DNA of 64,000 nucleotides, taken from NCBI GenBank assembly GCA_965218975.1, contig OZ244717.1:1888001-1952000 (forward strand). Direction: 5' to 3'. Below are positions 54,296 to 64,000 of the stretch, one piece after another. This stretch comes from Candidatus Oxydemutatoraceae bacterium. GTDB taxonomy: Bacteria > Pseudomonadota > Gammaproteobacteria > Poriferisulfidales > Oxydemutatoraceae. Made by a program: the position numbers and the translations under genes. The notes under the pieces were generated by a model. That model saw only the letters and a program-made list of their open reading frames with translations, did no database searches and had not been told where the DNA came from. Each line of letters begins with the position of its first letter. Positions within the stretch are counted from its first letter, which is position 1.

Positions 54296-55686
54296 AGCGT
54301 TTCCGGTTCCGGTTTATCTTCCGCCAAAGTAGTGAATACCGGAAAAACGAGCATGACGATAAGAAAAACGATCGGCAGAAACCAACCCATCATGACTAAA
54401 TTTTCAATCTCATGATTAACCCGCAATAGATCGTAAGCGGTAATCAAACCGGCGAATGACAGAAACATGCCATAACACGTTGCATTGCTGCGTTGTTCGC
54501 TAAAAAACCATAGCGCAAGAAAGAATAAGAAATATAACTCGCTGAATCTAATTGCCATCTCCGTATACAAAGGACGTACCGGCTCGGTGCCGAGATAGCC
54601 CAGCACAAGAAAAACAATAGCAAAGAGCATCAAATTCAGCTTGAACAAAAAACTGCGGTAGCGAATTGATTTTATCGGGTTTTTATCAATCCATGGTAAA
54701 AAGAACAATATAAAGATGGATAAACTCATTGCCAAAACACCGTACCAAGGATCCGGAATCGCCCGCAGGATGGTATAAAACGGCGTGAAATACCACAATG
54801 GCGCGATATGCTCAGGTGTCAACAGAGGATTCGCCGGAACAAAGTTTGCGTGTTCAAGAAAATATCCGTCCATTTCCGGCAAGTAGAAAATGATTGAGGC
54901 GAAGAAAATTAAAAATACGCTAACTCCGACAATATCTTTTACCGTGTAATACGGATGAAATGGTATCCCATCGATCGGAATTCCGGCGGCGTTTTTATTA
55001 TTTTTGATTTCAATCCCTTGCGGATTATTTGAACCGACTTCATGCAAAGCTATAATATGGATCGCCACCAATGCGGCAAGGATCAAAGGAACCGCAATCA
55101 CATGAAATGCAAAAAATCGATTGAGCGTCGCATCGGAAATAACATAGTCGCCACGGATCCAAGTCGCCAAATCAGGGCCTATATACGGGATGGCGCCGAA
55201 TAAATTGACAATCACCTGTGCCCCCCAATAAGACATCTGCCCCCACGGCAGCAAGTAGCCCATAAATGCTTCCGCCATCAACGCAAGATAAATACACATC
55301 CCGATGATCCATAACAATTCGCGTGGCGTTTTATATGAGCCGTACATCATTGCGCGAAACATATGCAAATACACAACGATAAAGAACGCCGAAGCGCCGG
55401 TAGAATGCATGTAGCGTATCAACCACCCCCACTCCACATCGCGCATGATGTGCTCCACCGAAGCAAACGCCAACTCAGCGTCGGGTTTATAGTGCATCGT
55501 GAGAAAAATACCGGTGAAAATTTGTATGACCAATACCAGTAGGGCAAGCGATCCGAAGTAATACCAGAAATTGAAATTTTTCGGCGCATAATATTCGATA
55601 AGATGCTCGCGCATGAATCTGCTAAACGGAAAACGCGCATCAATCCACCCCAACAGACCAGCAGTCTCTTTATGGCCTGTCGCCAT
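54292..55686 (-). CDS. petB: Cytochrome b with C-terminal extension
   Basis: RYMHSTGAS, GYLLPWGQMSYWG, TLNRFFAFH, PEHIAPLWYF. Confidence 0.97.
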   Translation of the reverse strand: MATGHKETAGLLGWIDARFPFSRFMREHLIEYYAPKNFNFWYYFGSLALLVLVIQIFTGIFLTMHYKPDAELAFASVEHIMRDVEWGWLIRYMHSTGASAFFIVVYLHMFRAMMYGSYKTPRELLWIIGMCIYLALMAEAFMGYLLPWGQMSYWGAQVIVNLFGAIPYIGPDLATWIRGDYVISDATLNRFFAFHVIAVPLILAALVAIHIIALHEVGSNNPQGIEIKNNKNAAGIPIDGIPFHPYYTVKDIVGVSVFLIFFASIIFYLPEMDGYFLEHANFVPANPLLTPEHIAPLWYFTPFYTILRAIPDPWYGVLAMSLSIFILFFLPWIDKNPIKSIRYRSFLFKLNLMLFAIVFLVLGYLGTEPVRPLYTEMAIRFSELYFLFFLALWFFSEQRSNATCYGMFLSFAGLITAYDLLRVNHEIENLVMMGWFLPIVFLIVMLVFPVFTTLAEDKPEPETL

Positions 55687-56279
55687 TACGTCTCTTCCGT
55701 CTCGCCGACGATAATCGTATCGTCATCAGCGAATCGATACGGCGGCACTTCCAGATTCTTGGCAGCGGGAACATTTTTGAAAACCCTGCCCGCAAGATCA
55801 AAACGCGAACCGTGACAGGTGCAAAAAAAGCCCCCTTTCCATGATTCACCCAAATCTTCCGGCTCCCGGTCGGGACGAAATGTCGGCGAACAACCGAGAT
55901 GAGTGCAAATGCCGACCAAAACAAGGTATTCGGGTTTTATAGAACGATACTCGTTTTGAGCATATCGGGGTTGAACTGAAGTTTTTGAGTTAGGGTCGCG
56001 TAAATCAGCATTGTCTTCTTCCAAGACCTCAAGCATTTTTTTGGAACGCCGCATCACCCAAACCGGTTTGCCGCGCCACTGTTCACGTAACATTTCACCA
56101 TAGCTTAGTTTTTTTAAACTCATCTCAACCGGTGCGCCGATCGCTTTAGATCGCGCGCTGGGGTTCATCGAGGATAAAAAAGGCCAAGCGGCGGTTGCCA
56201 TCCCGATTCCTCCGACGACGCTAACCCCGCCAATTAAAAACTGACGGCGCTCATTGTCCGCATTATTGTCATCTGACAT
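55686..56279 (-). CDS. petA: Rieske Fe-S subunit
   Basis: RRQFL Tat motif, CTHLGC, CTCHGS. Confidence 0.97.
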   Translation of the reverse strand: MSDDNNADNERRQFLIGGVSVVGGIGMATAAWPFLSSMNPSARSKAIGAPVEMSLKKLSYGEMLREQWRGKPVWVMRRSKKMLEVLEEDNADLRDPNSKTSVQPRYAQNEYRSIKPEYLVLVGICTHLGCSPTFRPDREPEDLGESWKGGFFCTCHGSRFDLAGRVFKNVPAAKNLEVPPYRFADDDTIIVGETEET

Positions 56280-56469
56280 TGAGCACTCCTAAAGGATCGT
56301 GTAATAAAGTATCTAGAGTGTCGGCAAATTGCAAAATATATCAGTTTATGCAAGGCTGTGACAGAATCGGGCATTATATCCGAACCGGTAATTTCGTCAA
56401 TTAACTACAACAACACAATGCGCTTCACGTACCGCCTCGACTTCTAAGAACCACAAGAAATGAGGCCCC

Positions 56470-57228
56470 TTACACCGGGTTGTTGATCTCGTGAAAATGG
56501 TGCTGTAAAGAAAATCGCCCGCAAAGATGCGCTCCGAGCGCTTGAACACCATAGCGTTCGGTGGCATGATGACCCGCCGCGAAATAATGAATCTTTTCTT
56601 CACGCGCAATATGCGTAGTGCGTTCGGAAATTTCTCCGCTAATAAATGCATCAAGGCCTCGGGCAATCGCATAGTGAATATAATCTTGTGCCGCACCGGT
56701 GCACCAACCTACTTTACCGATACGCCCGTTCCCTCCGTCAATCCATAGAGGCTCACGATCCAGGCTTGCGGCAATATGTCGACACAGAGATTCCGGAGTC
56801 ATCGGTGCGGACGGTTCCCCCCACATCGCTAGCGGCGGATTATGTCCGTCTTCTAACATGCCGCACAGAACGAATCCCAACCGCTTTGCCAACTGAGCGT
56901 TATTTCCCACTTCAGGATGCGCATCGAGCGGTAGATGATAAGCAAGCAAGCTAATACCCGCTTCAAGTAAAAGACGTACACGTTGCGCTTTCATGCCGAC
57001 CAAACCGGCAGACTCTCCCTTCCAAAAATATCCGTGATGCACCAAAATCGCATCGGCGTCAACGGCTATCGCTCGTTCAATTAAAGCTTGGCAAGCCGTC
57101 ACGCCGCTGAGGATGCGCCGGACTTGCGCCCGTCCTTGCACTTGCAAACCATTCGGACAATAATCACGAAATTTTTTGACCTGCAAAAAGTCATCGATAT
57201 AGCAACAAATCTCTTTTAGTTCCGCCAT
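56470..57228 (-). CDS. Nif3-like dinuclear metal protein (YbgI)
   Basis: DYCPNGLQV, VHHG, YHLPLDAH, GHHATER. Confidence 0.95.
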   Translation of the reverse strand: MAELKEICCYIDDFLQVKKFRDYCPNGLQVQGRAQVRRILSGVTACQALIERAIAVDADAILVHHGYFWKGESAGLVGMKAQRVRLLLEAGISLLAYHLPLDAHPEVGNNAQLAKRLGFVLCGMLEDGHNPPLAMWGEPSAPMTPESLCRHIAASLDREPLWIDGGNGRIGKVGWCTGAAQDYIHYAIARGLDAFISGEISERTTHIAREEKIHYFAAGHHATERYGVQALGAHLCGRFSLQHHFHEINNPV

Positions 57229-57318
57229 GCCAAAAAATCTCCAATCAGCACAAGTTTGTTCGATGAAACCACAAAACTTGCCGGATAATCGTGTTTCACA
57301 ACAGCTTCATTTGCCATT

Positions 57319-58413
57319 TTAATCATCATCCAACCTCGTTTTTAGTATTTTGCACAAAGCATCAACAAAAGTGCGGTTTTCCTGATCGGTACCGACCGTC
57401 ACTCGCAGGTAATCCGTTAATCCGGCGGTTGCGGAAAGGTCCTTCACTAAAATACCTCGTTGTTTCAGATGGCTAAAGACCGTAGCGGCGCAACCGTTCG
57501 CTACCCGCAGCAAAATAAAATTCGTATGGGAGGGGAACGGCGTAACGCCCGGTATGTCCCGCAGCGCTTCAAACAAAATGGCGCGCGACCGACAAATCCG
57601 ATCAATCTGGTATTGTATCGGCGCAAAGTTATCTAGAATAAATTGAGCGCCGCACTGGGTGAACGCATTGATGTTATACGGCAAACGTAACTTGTTCAGG
57701 TGTTCTATAATTTCATCATGTCCAACTAAAAAACCCAATCTCATACCAGCAAAACCTATTTTGGAGAAAGTACGCAGCACTAGAAGATTCGTATATTTCT
57801 TCAATAAAAACATGCGAGATTGCCCGGCAAACGACACATACGCTTCATCTAACAGAACATACCCCGGCGCACGACGAATAATTGCTTCAATGTCGTCGTA
57901 ACTCCATAAATTACCGGTCGGATTATTCGGTTGCGCAAAACAAATCAACGCCGGTTCATACCGCTCAACTTGCCGCAGAATCTGTTCTTTATTAAGAGAG
58001 AAATCCTCACGATCAAGCGGCGCCGCCAAATAATTCATGCCGACAACCGTTGCCGCCATTCGATAGATGGCAAAACTAGGCTCCGGACTAAGTAAATATG
58101 CCCCTTCACGCGCAAGCGCAAGCGCAAGTAATTGGATGAGCTCATCCGAACCATTGCCCAATAATAACCGACACATTGACGGAACTCCAGCATAAGCGGC
58201 AAGCGACTTCTGTAATGGCGAGGCAGTCGCATCCGGATAACGGTTGACTTCGCAACCGGTTAGCGCGGCATTCCATCCCTCGCGTAGTGCTTGCGGCAAG
58301 GAATAAGGATTCTCCATCGCATCTAATTTCACGACAAACCTGGCCGAGGATGGTTGATAAGGCATCATCTCGCGAATTTCCTTACGTACCCGGTGCAGAT
58401 AAGATTCACTCAT
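57319..58413 (-). CDS. hisC: Histidinol-phosphate aminotransferase
   Basis: KLDAMENP, NRYPD, GNGSDELI, PNNPTG, DEAY, RTFSK; start taken as ATG 58413. Confidence 0.96.
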   Translation of the reverse strand: MSESYLHRVRKEIREMMPYQPSSARFVVKLDAMENPYSLPQALREGWNAALTGCEVNRYPDATASPLQKSLAAYAGVPSMCRLLLGNGSDELIQLLALALAREGAYLLSPEPSFAIYRMAATVVGMNYLAAPLDREDFSLNKEQILRQVERYEPALICFAQPNNPTGNLWSYDDIEAIIRRAPGYVLLDEAYVSFAGQSRMFLLKKYTNLLVLRTFSKIGFAGMRLGFLVGHDEIIEHLNKLRLPYNINAFTQCGAQFILDNFAPIQYQIDRICRSRAILFEALRDIPGVTPFPSHTNFILLRVANGCAATVFSHLKQRGILVKDLSATAGLTDYLRVTVGTDQENRTFVDALCKILKTRLDDD

Positions 58414-58432
58414 ACCGGCATATACTAACGTA

Positions 58433-59734
58433 TCAAAAATGATCGAACTGTCGCAGACGTGCCGACTCCGCATGTGCAAACAAACCTTCGCTTTCAGCAA
58501 TACGTTGCGCGATCACGCTCAATTCAGCAGCGCCCCGCGCAGTGCAATTGACCACGCTACTGCGTTTTTGAAAATCATCAACGCCCAAAGGCGACGCAAA
58601 ACGTGCCGCGCCTGCTGTGGGAAGTACGTGACTTGGTCCGGCACAATAATCTCCTAACACTTCACACGCGTAATGTCCCAGAAAAATTGCCCCGGCATTA
58701 CGGATTTTCAGCAGCAAATCATCGGGATTCAACACCATCAACTGCAAATGTTCGGGCGCTATTTGATTCACAAGTTCTGCCGCTTCTTCAAGATCATTTA
58801 CTTTGATGATTAAGCCTCGATCGCTCAAGGAGCGGCGAATAATCTCGGCGCGCGGCTGACGGACAATCAACCGCTTCATTTCATCCACCGCCATATCAAG
58901 ACAATCATTTCGGTCGGCAATTAAAATTGCGCGCGCTTGTTCGTCATGCTCTGCTTGAGAAAATAAATCAGCGGCCAACCAACCGGCATCGCCGCTGCCA
59001 TCAGTCACAACTACGATCTCAGAAGGTCCGGCAATCATATCAATCCCCGTATGTCCGAATACCTGCCGCTTGGCTTCGGTCACATAACGATTACCGGGAC
59101 CGACAATTTTGTCAACCGCGGCAATCGTTTCAGTACCATGCGCCAATGCGGCAATCGCCTGTGCACCGCCGATTCGATATATTTCATCCACACCGCATAT
59201 TTGTAGCGCTGCCAGCACCACCGGATTAATAATACCGTTTGGTGCAGACGAAACTGCCGCGATTCTCGGTACATCCGCAACTTGCGCAGGAATCGCAGTC
59301 ATCAGCACCGAAGAAGGATACGTAGCTTTGCCGCCCGGAATATACAATCCGACCGAGTCAATCGGTGTCACCCTTTGACCCACTCGAACACCGTTTTCCT
59401 CCCAACTCCATGCAACAGACTTTTGCCGCTCGGCATACTGCCGAATGCGCCTCGCCGCTTCTTCTAGAGCCGCCAGCACGCCGTCTGAAACCTGCTTTAC
59501 CGCATCATTTAATTGCGCCTTGCCAACGCGCAAAGCAGCGCCGTCACGCGGATTAAATTGATCTAGTTCACGGGTATATTCAAGCAATGCACGGTCACCC
59601 TCACAGCGCACACGATGAATAATCTGTCGGACATATGTCCCTAGCCCCTCATCGGATTCAACCGCTTTTAGAAACCGGGCAAAACACGTGGCAAAATCAG
59701 CATCGGAACTATTCAATCGGTTAATTTGCAACAT
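58433..59734 (-). CDS. hisD: Histidinol dehydrogenase
   Basis: GLYIPGGKA, GPGNRYV, IDMIAGPSE, SQAEHD, APEHL; start taken as ATG 59734. Confidence 0.97.
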   Translation of the reverse strand: MLQINRLNSSDADFATCFARFLKAVESDEGLGTYVRQIIHRVRCEGDRALLEYTRELDQFNPRDGAALRVGKAQLNDAVKQVSDGVLAALEEAARRIRQYAERQKSVAWSWEENGVRVGQRVTPIDSVGLYIPGGKATYPSSVLMTAIPAQVADVPRIAAVSSAPNGIINPVVLAALQICGVDEIYRIGGAQAIAALAHGTETIAAVDKIVGPGNRYVTEAKRQVFGHTGIDMIAGPSEIVVVTDGSGDAGWLAADLFSQAEHDEQARAILIADRNDCLDMAVDEMKRLIVRQPRAEIIRRSLSDRGLIIKVNDLEEAAELVNQIAPEHLQLMVLNPDDLLLKIRNAGAIFLGHYACEVLGDYCAGPSHVLPTAGAARFASPLGVDDFQKRSSVVNCTARGAAELSVIAQRIAESEGLFAHAESARLRQFDHF

Positions 59735-59759
59735 AGCGCTATCATGTATCGCAAGATGT

Positions 59760-60824
59760 TTAACCTTGATGCAAAATGCCTTCATCAACCGCTTCGGCAA
59801 GCTGATGCAAAAGTACTACCGTATCATCCCACGCAAGACATGCATCAGTAATGCTTTGTCCATAAGTCAGTTCAACTCCCGGAATCAAATCCTGACGTCC
59901 TTCAACTAAATTACTTTCAATCATGGCACCGATAATTCGATCATCTCCTGCGCGTAATTGCTCACACACCGCTTCACAAACAATTTTTTGCCGGGCAAAT
60001 TCCTTGTTGCTGTTCGCGTGACTAAAATCAATCATCATGAAAGGCTTTCGTTGTGCTTTCTCAAGCAAAGCGGCCGACCGATTAACGCTTTCTACATCAT
60101 AGTTGGCTTTCGACCCGCCACCGCGCATAATAATATGACAATCCGGATTACCGGTTGTTGAAAAAATTGCCGAACGCCCTTCTTTGGTCAGCGATAAAAA
60201 ATGGTGCGGACGAGAAGCGGAACCTAATGCATCCACCGCAATTTGCAGATTTCCGTTCGTTCCATTCTTAAATCCGACCGGGCACGATAATCCCGAAGCC
60301 AATTCACGATGCACCTGGCTTTCTGTCGTGCGCGCACCGATCGCACCCCAGCTAATCAAGTCTGAAATATATTGCGGGCTGATCGGATCAAGATACTCAG
60401 TGCCGGCGGATACTCCCATTTCATTCAGATCGAGCAATAAACCTCGTGCCAGATGTAAACCTTGATTGATATGAAAGCTATCATCCAAATCAGGATCGTT
60501 AATCAACCCCTTCCAGCCTACTGTCGTGCGCGGTTTTTCAAAATACACACGCATAACGATATGTAAACTGCCGGCAAGCTCCTTAATCAAAAGTTGCAGC
60601 CTCTGCGCATATTCCAACGCAGAATCAACGTTATGAATTGAACAAGGTCCGACGATGACGATAATGCGCCGGTCGCGTCGATGAATAATATCCGCTGCCG
60701 CCTGACGTGAACGATACACCGTTGCCGAAGCTTTCTCGCTAATCGGCAGTGCCGCCATCAGATTTGCCGGCGGCACCACTTCCTTCAACTCTTTAATTTT
60801 CAAGTCATCGGTTTGATACATCAT
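59760..60824 (-). CDS. Class I DAHP synthase (AroG/F/H type)
   Basis: GPCSIH, RVYFEKPRTTVGWKG, IGARTTESQ, DFSHANS, SITDAC. Confidence 0.96.
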   Translation of the reverse strand: MMYQTDDLKIKELKEVVPPANLMAALPISEKASATVYRSRQAAADIIHRRDRRIIVIVGPCSIHNVDSALEYAQRLQLLIKELAGSLHIVMRVYFEKPRTTVGWKGLINDPDLDDSFHINQGLHLARGLLLDLNEMGVSAGTEYLDPISPQYISDLISWGAIGARTTESQVHRELASGLSCPVGFKNGTNGNLQIAVDALGSASRPHHFLSLTKEGRSAIFSTTGNPDCHIIMRGGGSKANYDVESVNRSAALLEKAQRKPFMMIDFSHANSNKEFARQKIVCEAVCEQLRAGDDRIIGAMIESNLVEGRQDLIPGVELTYGQSITDACLAWDDTVVLLHQLAEAVDEGILHQG

Positions 60825-60860
60825 ATTTTCATCTCCCGCAACGGTTACTTCCTCTATAAA

Positions 60861-61490
60861 TTACTCAACTGCTTTTCGCAGCAAATTTACCATATTTTGT
60901 ATTTGCTCACGCTGCATTTTCATCGCCGCCTTATTCACGATCAGGCGGGCGCTAATTTTAGCAACTTCCTCTTTAACAACCAAATGATTCGCACGCAGCG
61001 TGCTACCGGTATCGGTCAGATCAACAATCAAATCCGACAATCCGACCAGTGGCGCAAGCTCCATTGAGCCGTAAAGTTTAATAATTTCAACTTGCTCGGA
61101 CTTCTTAGCGAAATGGCGACGAGTGCTGCTAACATACTTGGTTGCAACTCGCGCCCGGTTGCCGGAATTCCGTTCGCCCGCAGGACCTGCCACGACCAAA
61201 CGGCAACATGCAATTCTCAAATCGAGCAGTTCATAAATATCGCCCGCGTCGTACTCCATCAAAATGTCTTTGCCGACGACTCCCAATTGTGCGGCGCCAT
61301 AAGCAACATAGGTGGGAACATCCGTGCCGCGGATAATAGCAATCTTCACATCGTCCCGTTTGCTTGCCAGAAATAACTTGCGGTTTCTCTCAAACGATTC
61401 CACCGGCGACAAATCACTATCGACCAGAATTGTCCGCATTGCTTCAAAAATGCGCCCTTTTGAAATTGCAATATTAATCGTCGGTCCCAC
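60861..61490 (-). CDS. hisG: ATP phosphoribosyltransferase, short form
   Basis: SKGRI, DVPTYV, GKDILME, ATKY, KLYGSMELAP; 209 aa. Confidence 0.96.
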   Translation of the reverse strand: MGPTINIAISKGRIFEAMRTILVDSDLSPVESFERNRKLFLASKRDDVKIAIIRGTDVPTYVAYGAAQLGVVGKDILMEYDAGDIYELLDLRIACCRLVVAGPAGERNSGNRARVATKYVSSTRRHFAKKSEQVEIIKLYGSMELAPLVGLSDLIVDLTDTGSTLRANHLVVKEEVAKISARLIVNKAAMKMQREQIQNMVNLLRKAVE

Positions 61491-61499
61491 TATTAAAAC

Positions 61500-62762
61500 C
61501 TACATGGACACACGCTGAATATCTGCTCCTAAACGCATTAGTTTTTCCTCAATACATTCATAGCCACGATCAATGTGATACACACGGTCAACAATGGTCT
61601 TTCCTTCGGCCACGAGCCCTGCCAGAATTAATGATGCCGAAGCACGTAAGTCGGTCGCCATCACCGAGGTTCCCGTCAGTTTGTCCACCCCGTTGACAAT
61701 AGCGCAATTACCTCGCACTTGAATATCGCCCCCCATTCTTTGTATTTCAAATGCATGCATAAACCGGTTATCAAATACTTTCTCGGTAATAATGCTCGAA
61801 CCGCAAGCAATCGAATTTAGACTGGTAAATTGTGCCTGCATATCCGTTGGGAAAGCCGGGTACGGCGCCGTCATAATATTAACGCCATTGGGCCTCTGCT
61901 TCATCTCTAACTCGACATAATCATCTCCGGTGTTGATATACGCACCGCATTCCTCAAGTTTAAGCAGCACCGCTTCCATCAATTCGGGGTATATTTTATT
62001 TAGGCGAATTTTGCCTCCGGTAATTGCCGCAGCCACTAAAAAAGTACCCGCTTCAATTCGATCAGGCAATATAGAAAAAGCACATCCTTTGAGTTTGGAA
62101 CAACCTCTGATTTTGATCACCGAAGTTCCCTGACCGTTGATATCTGCACCCATTTTGACTAAACAATTTGCCAAATCAACTACTTCCGGTTCCCGCGCCG
62201 CATTTTCAATAATGGTTTCGCCTCGCGCTAAAACCGCAGCCATCAATAAATTTTCGGTGCCTGTTACTGTCACATTGCTCAACACAATTCGTGCGCCGCG
62301 CAAATGCCGGCCAATTACTTTTGCTTTAATATAACCGTCCCGAATAACAATATCAGCACCCATTTGACGCAAACCGTCAAGATGCATATCAACCGGACGA
62401 GCACCGATCGCGCAGCCGCCCGGCAGAGATACTTCGGCAGTACCATAGCGCGCAAGCATCGGCCCCAACACTAAAATCGATGCACGCATCGTTTTAACGA
62501 TATCATACGGAACAAATAACGAACGCACTTCATCGGCTTGCACCTGCAAAACCATCTGATCGGATACCACAACCGATACCCCTAGCTGTCTCAGCAACGT
62601 ATTAATCGTAGTCACGTCATGTAAATGCGGAACATTCCGAATCAACATACGATCTTCGGTAAGCAATGTCGCAGCAAGCACCGGCAATACTGCATTCTTC
62701 GCGCCGGATACGGATATTTCTCCCTGAAGAGGCTTGCCGCCCTGGATATATAGCTTCTCCAC
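61500..62762 (-). CDS. murA: UDP-N-acetylglucosamine enolpyruvyl transferase
   Basis: [38 protein letters not shown]. Confidence 0.98.
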   Translation of the reverse strand: MEKLYIQGGKPLQGEISVSGAKNAVLPVLAATLLTEDRMLIRNVPHLHDVTTINTLLRQLGVSVVVSDQMVLQVQADEVRSLFVPYDIVKTMRASILVLGPMLARYGTAEVSLPGGCAIGARPVDMHLDGLRQMGADIVIRDGYIKAKVIGRHLRGARIVLSNVTVTGTENLLMAAVLARGETIIENAAREPEVVDLANCLVKMGADINGQGTSVIKIRGCSKLKGCAFSILPDRIEAGTFLVAAAITGGKIRLNKIYPELMEAVLLKLEECGAYINTGDDYVELEMKQRPNGVNIMTAPYPAFPTDMQAQFTSLNSIACGSSIITEKVFDNRFMHAFEIQRMGGDIQVRGNCAIVNGVDKLTGTSVMATDLRASASLILAGLVAEGKTIVDRVYHIDRGYECIEEKLMRLGADIQRVSM

Positions 62763-62808
62763 TACGACCTATCAATCGCTGTCACTTTGCACCGTTTTGA
62801 CCGAAAAA

Positions 62809-63411
62809 TTACACATCAACGCTATCGAACCTCCGAATTAATGCCTGAAGACCGGTCTCGCGAATTTCCGCATCAAAATTTTGGCGAAACTGGCTGAGGA
62901 TACTGACACCGCCAATAATAAAATCAAATACTTTCCAGCCATCACGATTAATCATTGAATAATTGACTTGCAGCGGCGCTTTACCGTCCGCGGTGATAAC
63001 TCGTGTATGAATAATCTGATATTTACGCGGCGGCGTTCCCTGCGGCTGAGGTAGAAACTCAATTTCAATGTCCGCTAATAACGCTACTTGCTTGGCATAA
63101 CTTTTGATCAACATTTTTTCAAATCCGCGAATAAATCTCTGCTTTTGCATCTCATCGGTGCTATTCCAATATTTGCCCAGAGCCAGCTTGCTCATCAGTT
63201 TCATATCAACCACTTTCAAAAGGTTTCTTGCCAGCCCATAATAAAACTGATCTTCCCGCTTTTCGTCTTTCACCGTAGCCAGCTTGTCTTTCAACACCTC
63301 AAGCAGTTCATTTAGCGTTTGTTGAAGTGTCGTACGCGCCTCGTCATAATCATTCGCCAATGCATAACCGCTGCCCATTATCAGTAGATATAGCAATACA
63401 AAACATTTCAT
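62809..63411 (-). CDS. mlaC: MlaC/Ttg2D phospholipid-binding periplasmic protein
   Basis: Signal peptide, LALGKYW, WKVFDFIIGGVSILSQFRQNF. Confidence 0.85.
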   Translation of the reverse strand: MKCFVLLYLLIMGSGYALANDYDEARTTLQQTLNELLEVLKDKLATVKDEKREDQFYYGLARNLLKVVDMKLMSKLALGKYWNSTDEMQKQRFIRGFEKMLIKSYAKQVALLADIEIEFLPQPQGTPPRKYQIIHTRVITADGKAPLQVNYSMINRDGWKVFDFIIGGVSILSQFRQNFDAEIRETGLQALIRRFDSVDV

Positions 63412-63665
63412 TTCAAGTTCCTCACAGTATGTGACGGGTAAGAAAGATAATCATAGTACTTTATCAAAAGCCTAGTCTTCCCTATTGTAAATCCCCTTTA
63501 AGGAATACGCGAATACATATATTGAGTATCGTCTTGTCGTTACCAGAATAATACTCCAAACTTTTGCTTTTACGAAAATGAAAATCTATATTCAATCGAC
63601 AGAATCTGCGCCTCGCTTCAAACAATAAAACGATTCCCCGGTAATTCTGTATAATTCTCTCACTC

Positions 63666-64000
63666 ATGCTTGCTGTTTACTCCATTGCTTTTGTCGCTGC
63701 ATTAGCAGTAATTTTATATTCGGCCGACCGTCTGTTGATTGCTGCCATCGCACTATCACATCGTTATCGGGTTCCGCCATTAATCGTCGGCGCCGTGATT
63801 ATCGGATGCGGCACTTCAAGTCCGGAGCTTGCGGTATCGATATCTTCCGCGTTGAATCATGAATCGCTTATGGCCATCGGCAATGCATTCGGCTCTAACA
63901 TAGCCAACTTAGGATTGGTCGCGGGTAGCGCGGCATTGTTCACCGGCATCCATACCGATCGCAACGTTTTAAAATATCGTTTCCCGCTTGTGATAGCGGC
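63666..64000 (+). CDS. Ca2+/Na+ antiporter (YrbG-like), truncated by the window end
   Basis: MLAVYS...IVGAVIIGCGTSSPELAVS...GNAFGSNIAN alpha-repeat motifs. Confidence 0.9.
   Translation, partial: MLAVYSIAFVAALAVILYSADRLLIAAIALSHRYRVPPLIVGAVIIGCGTSSPELAVSISSALNHESLMAIGNAFGSNIANLGLVAGSAALFTGIHTDRNVLKYRFPLVIA

Overview
Gene-dense chromosomal segment, inferred from gene content and order to be gammaproteobacterial. It is mostly housekeeping: alr-dnaB-rplI-rpsR-rpsF, rlmB-rnr, purA-hisZ-hflCK, hflX, mutT-argJ-secA, lpxC, rplS-trmD-rimM-rpsP, ispG, rsmE-ahcY-metK, lpoA-yraN-gmhA, petABC-sspA and hisC-hisD-DAHP synthase-hisG-murA-mlaC, plus four tRNAs. Four accessory blocks interrupt the core. (1) A ~1.4 kb islet between hflK and hflX holds an unannotated 36-aa basic ORF, a membrane-protein gene broken at a G7 run, and a decayed ~94-bp copy of an internal hflX segment. 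(2) A methanethiol oxidase cluster (mtoX-SCO-mauG) is extended by a redoxin and a small unknown ORF. (3) A compact type IV pilus cluster: pilT, PilM/N-like fusion, pilO, pilP, pilQ, short pilB. (4) An AT-rich island after tRNA-Arg(CCT) encodes a 784-aa GHKL/MORC-like ATPase with a frameshifted, translationally coupled ~73-aa partner, next to several decayed IS481-like transposase remnants. No CRISPR array, rRNA or intact integrase was seen. All calls come from reading motifs by eye, with no database search.
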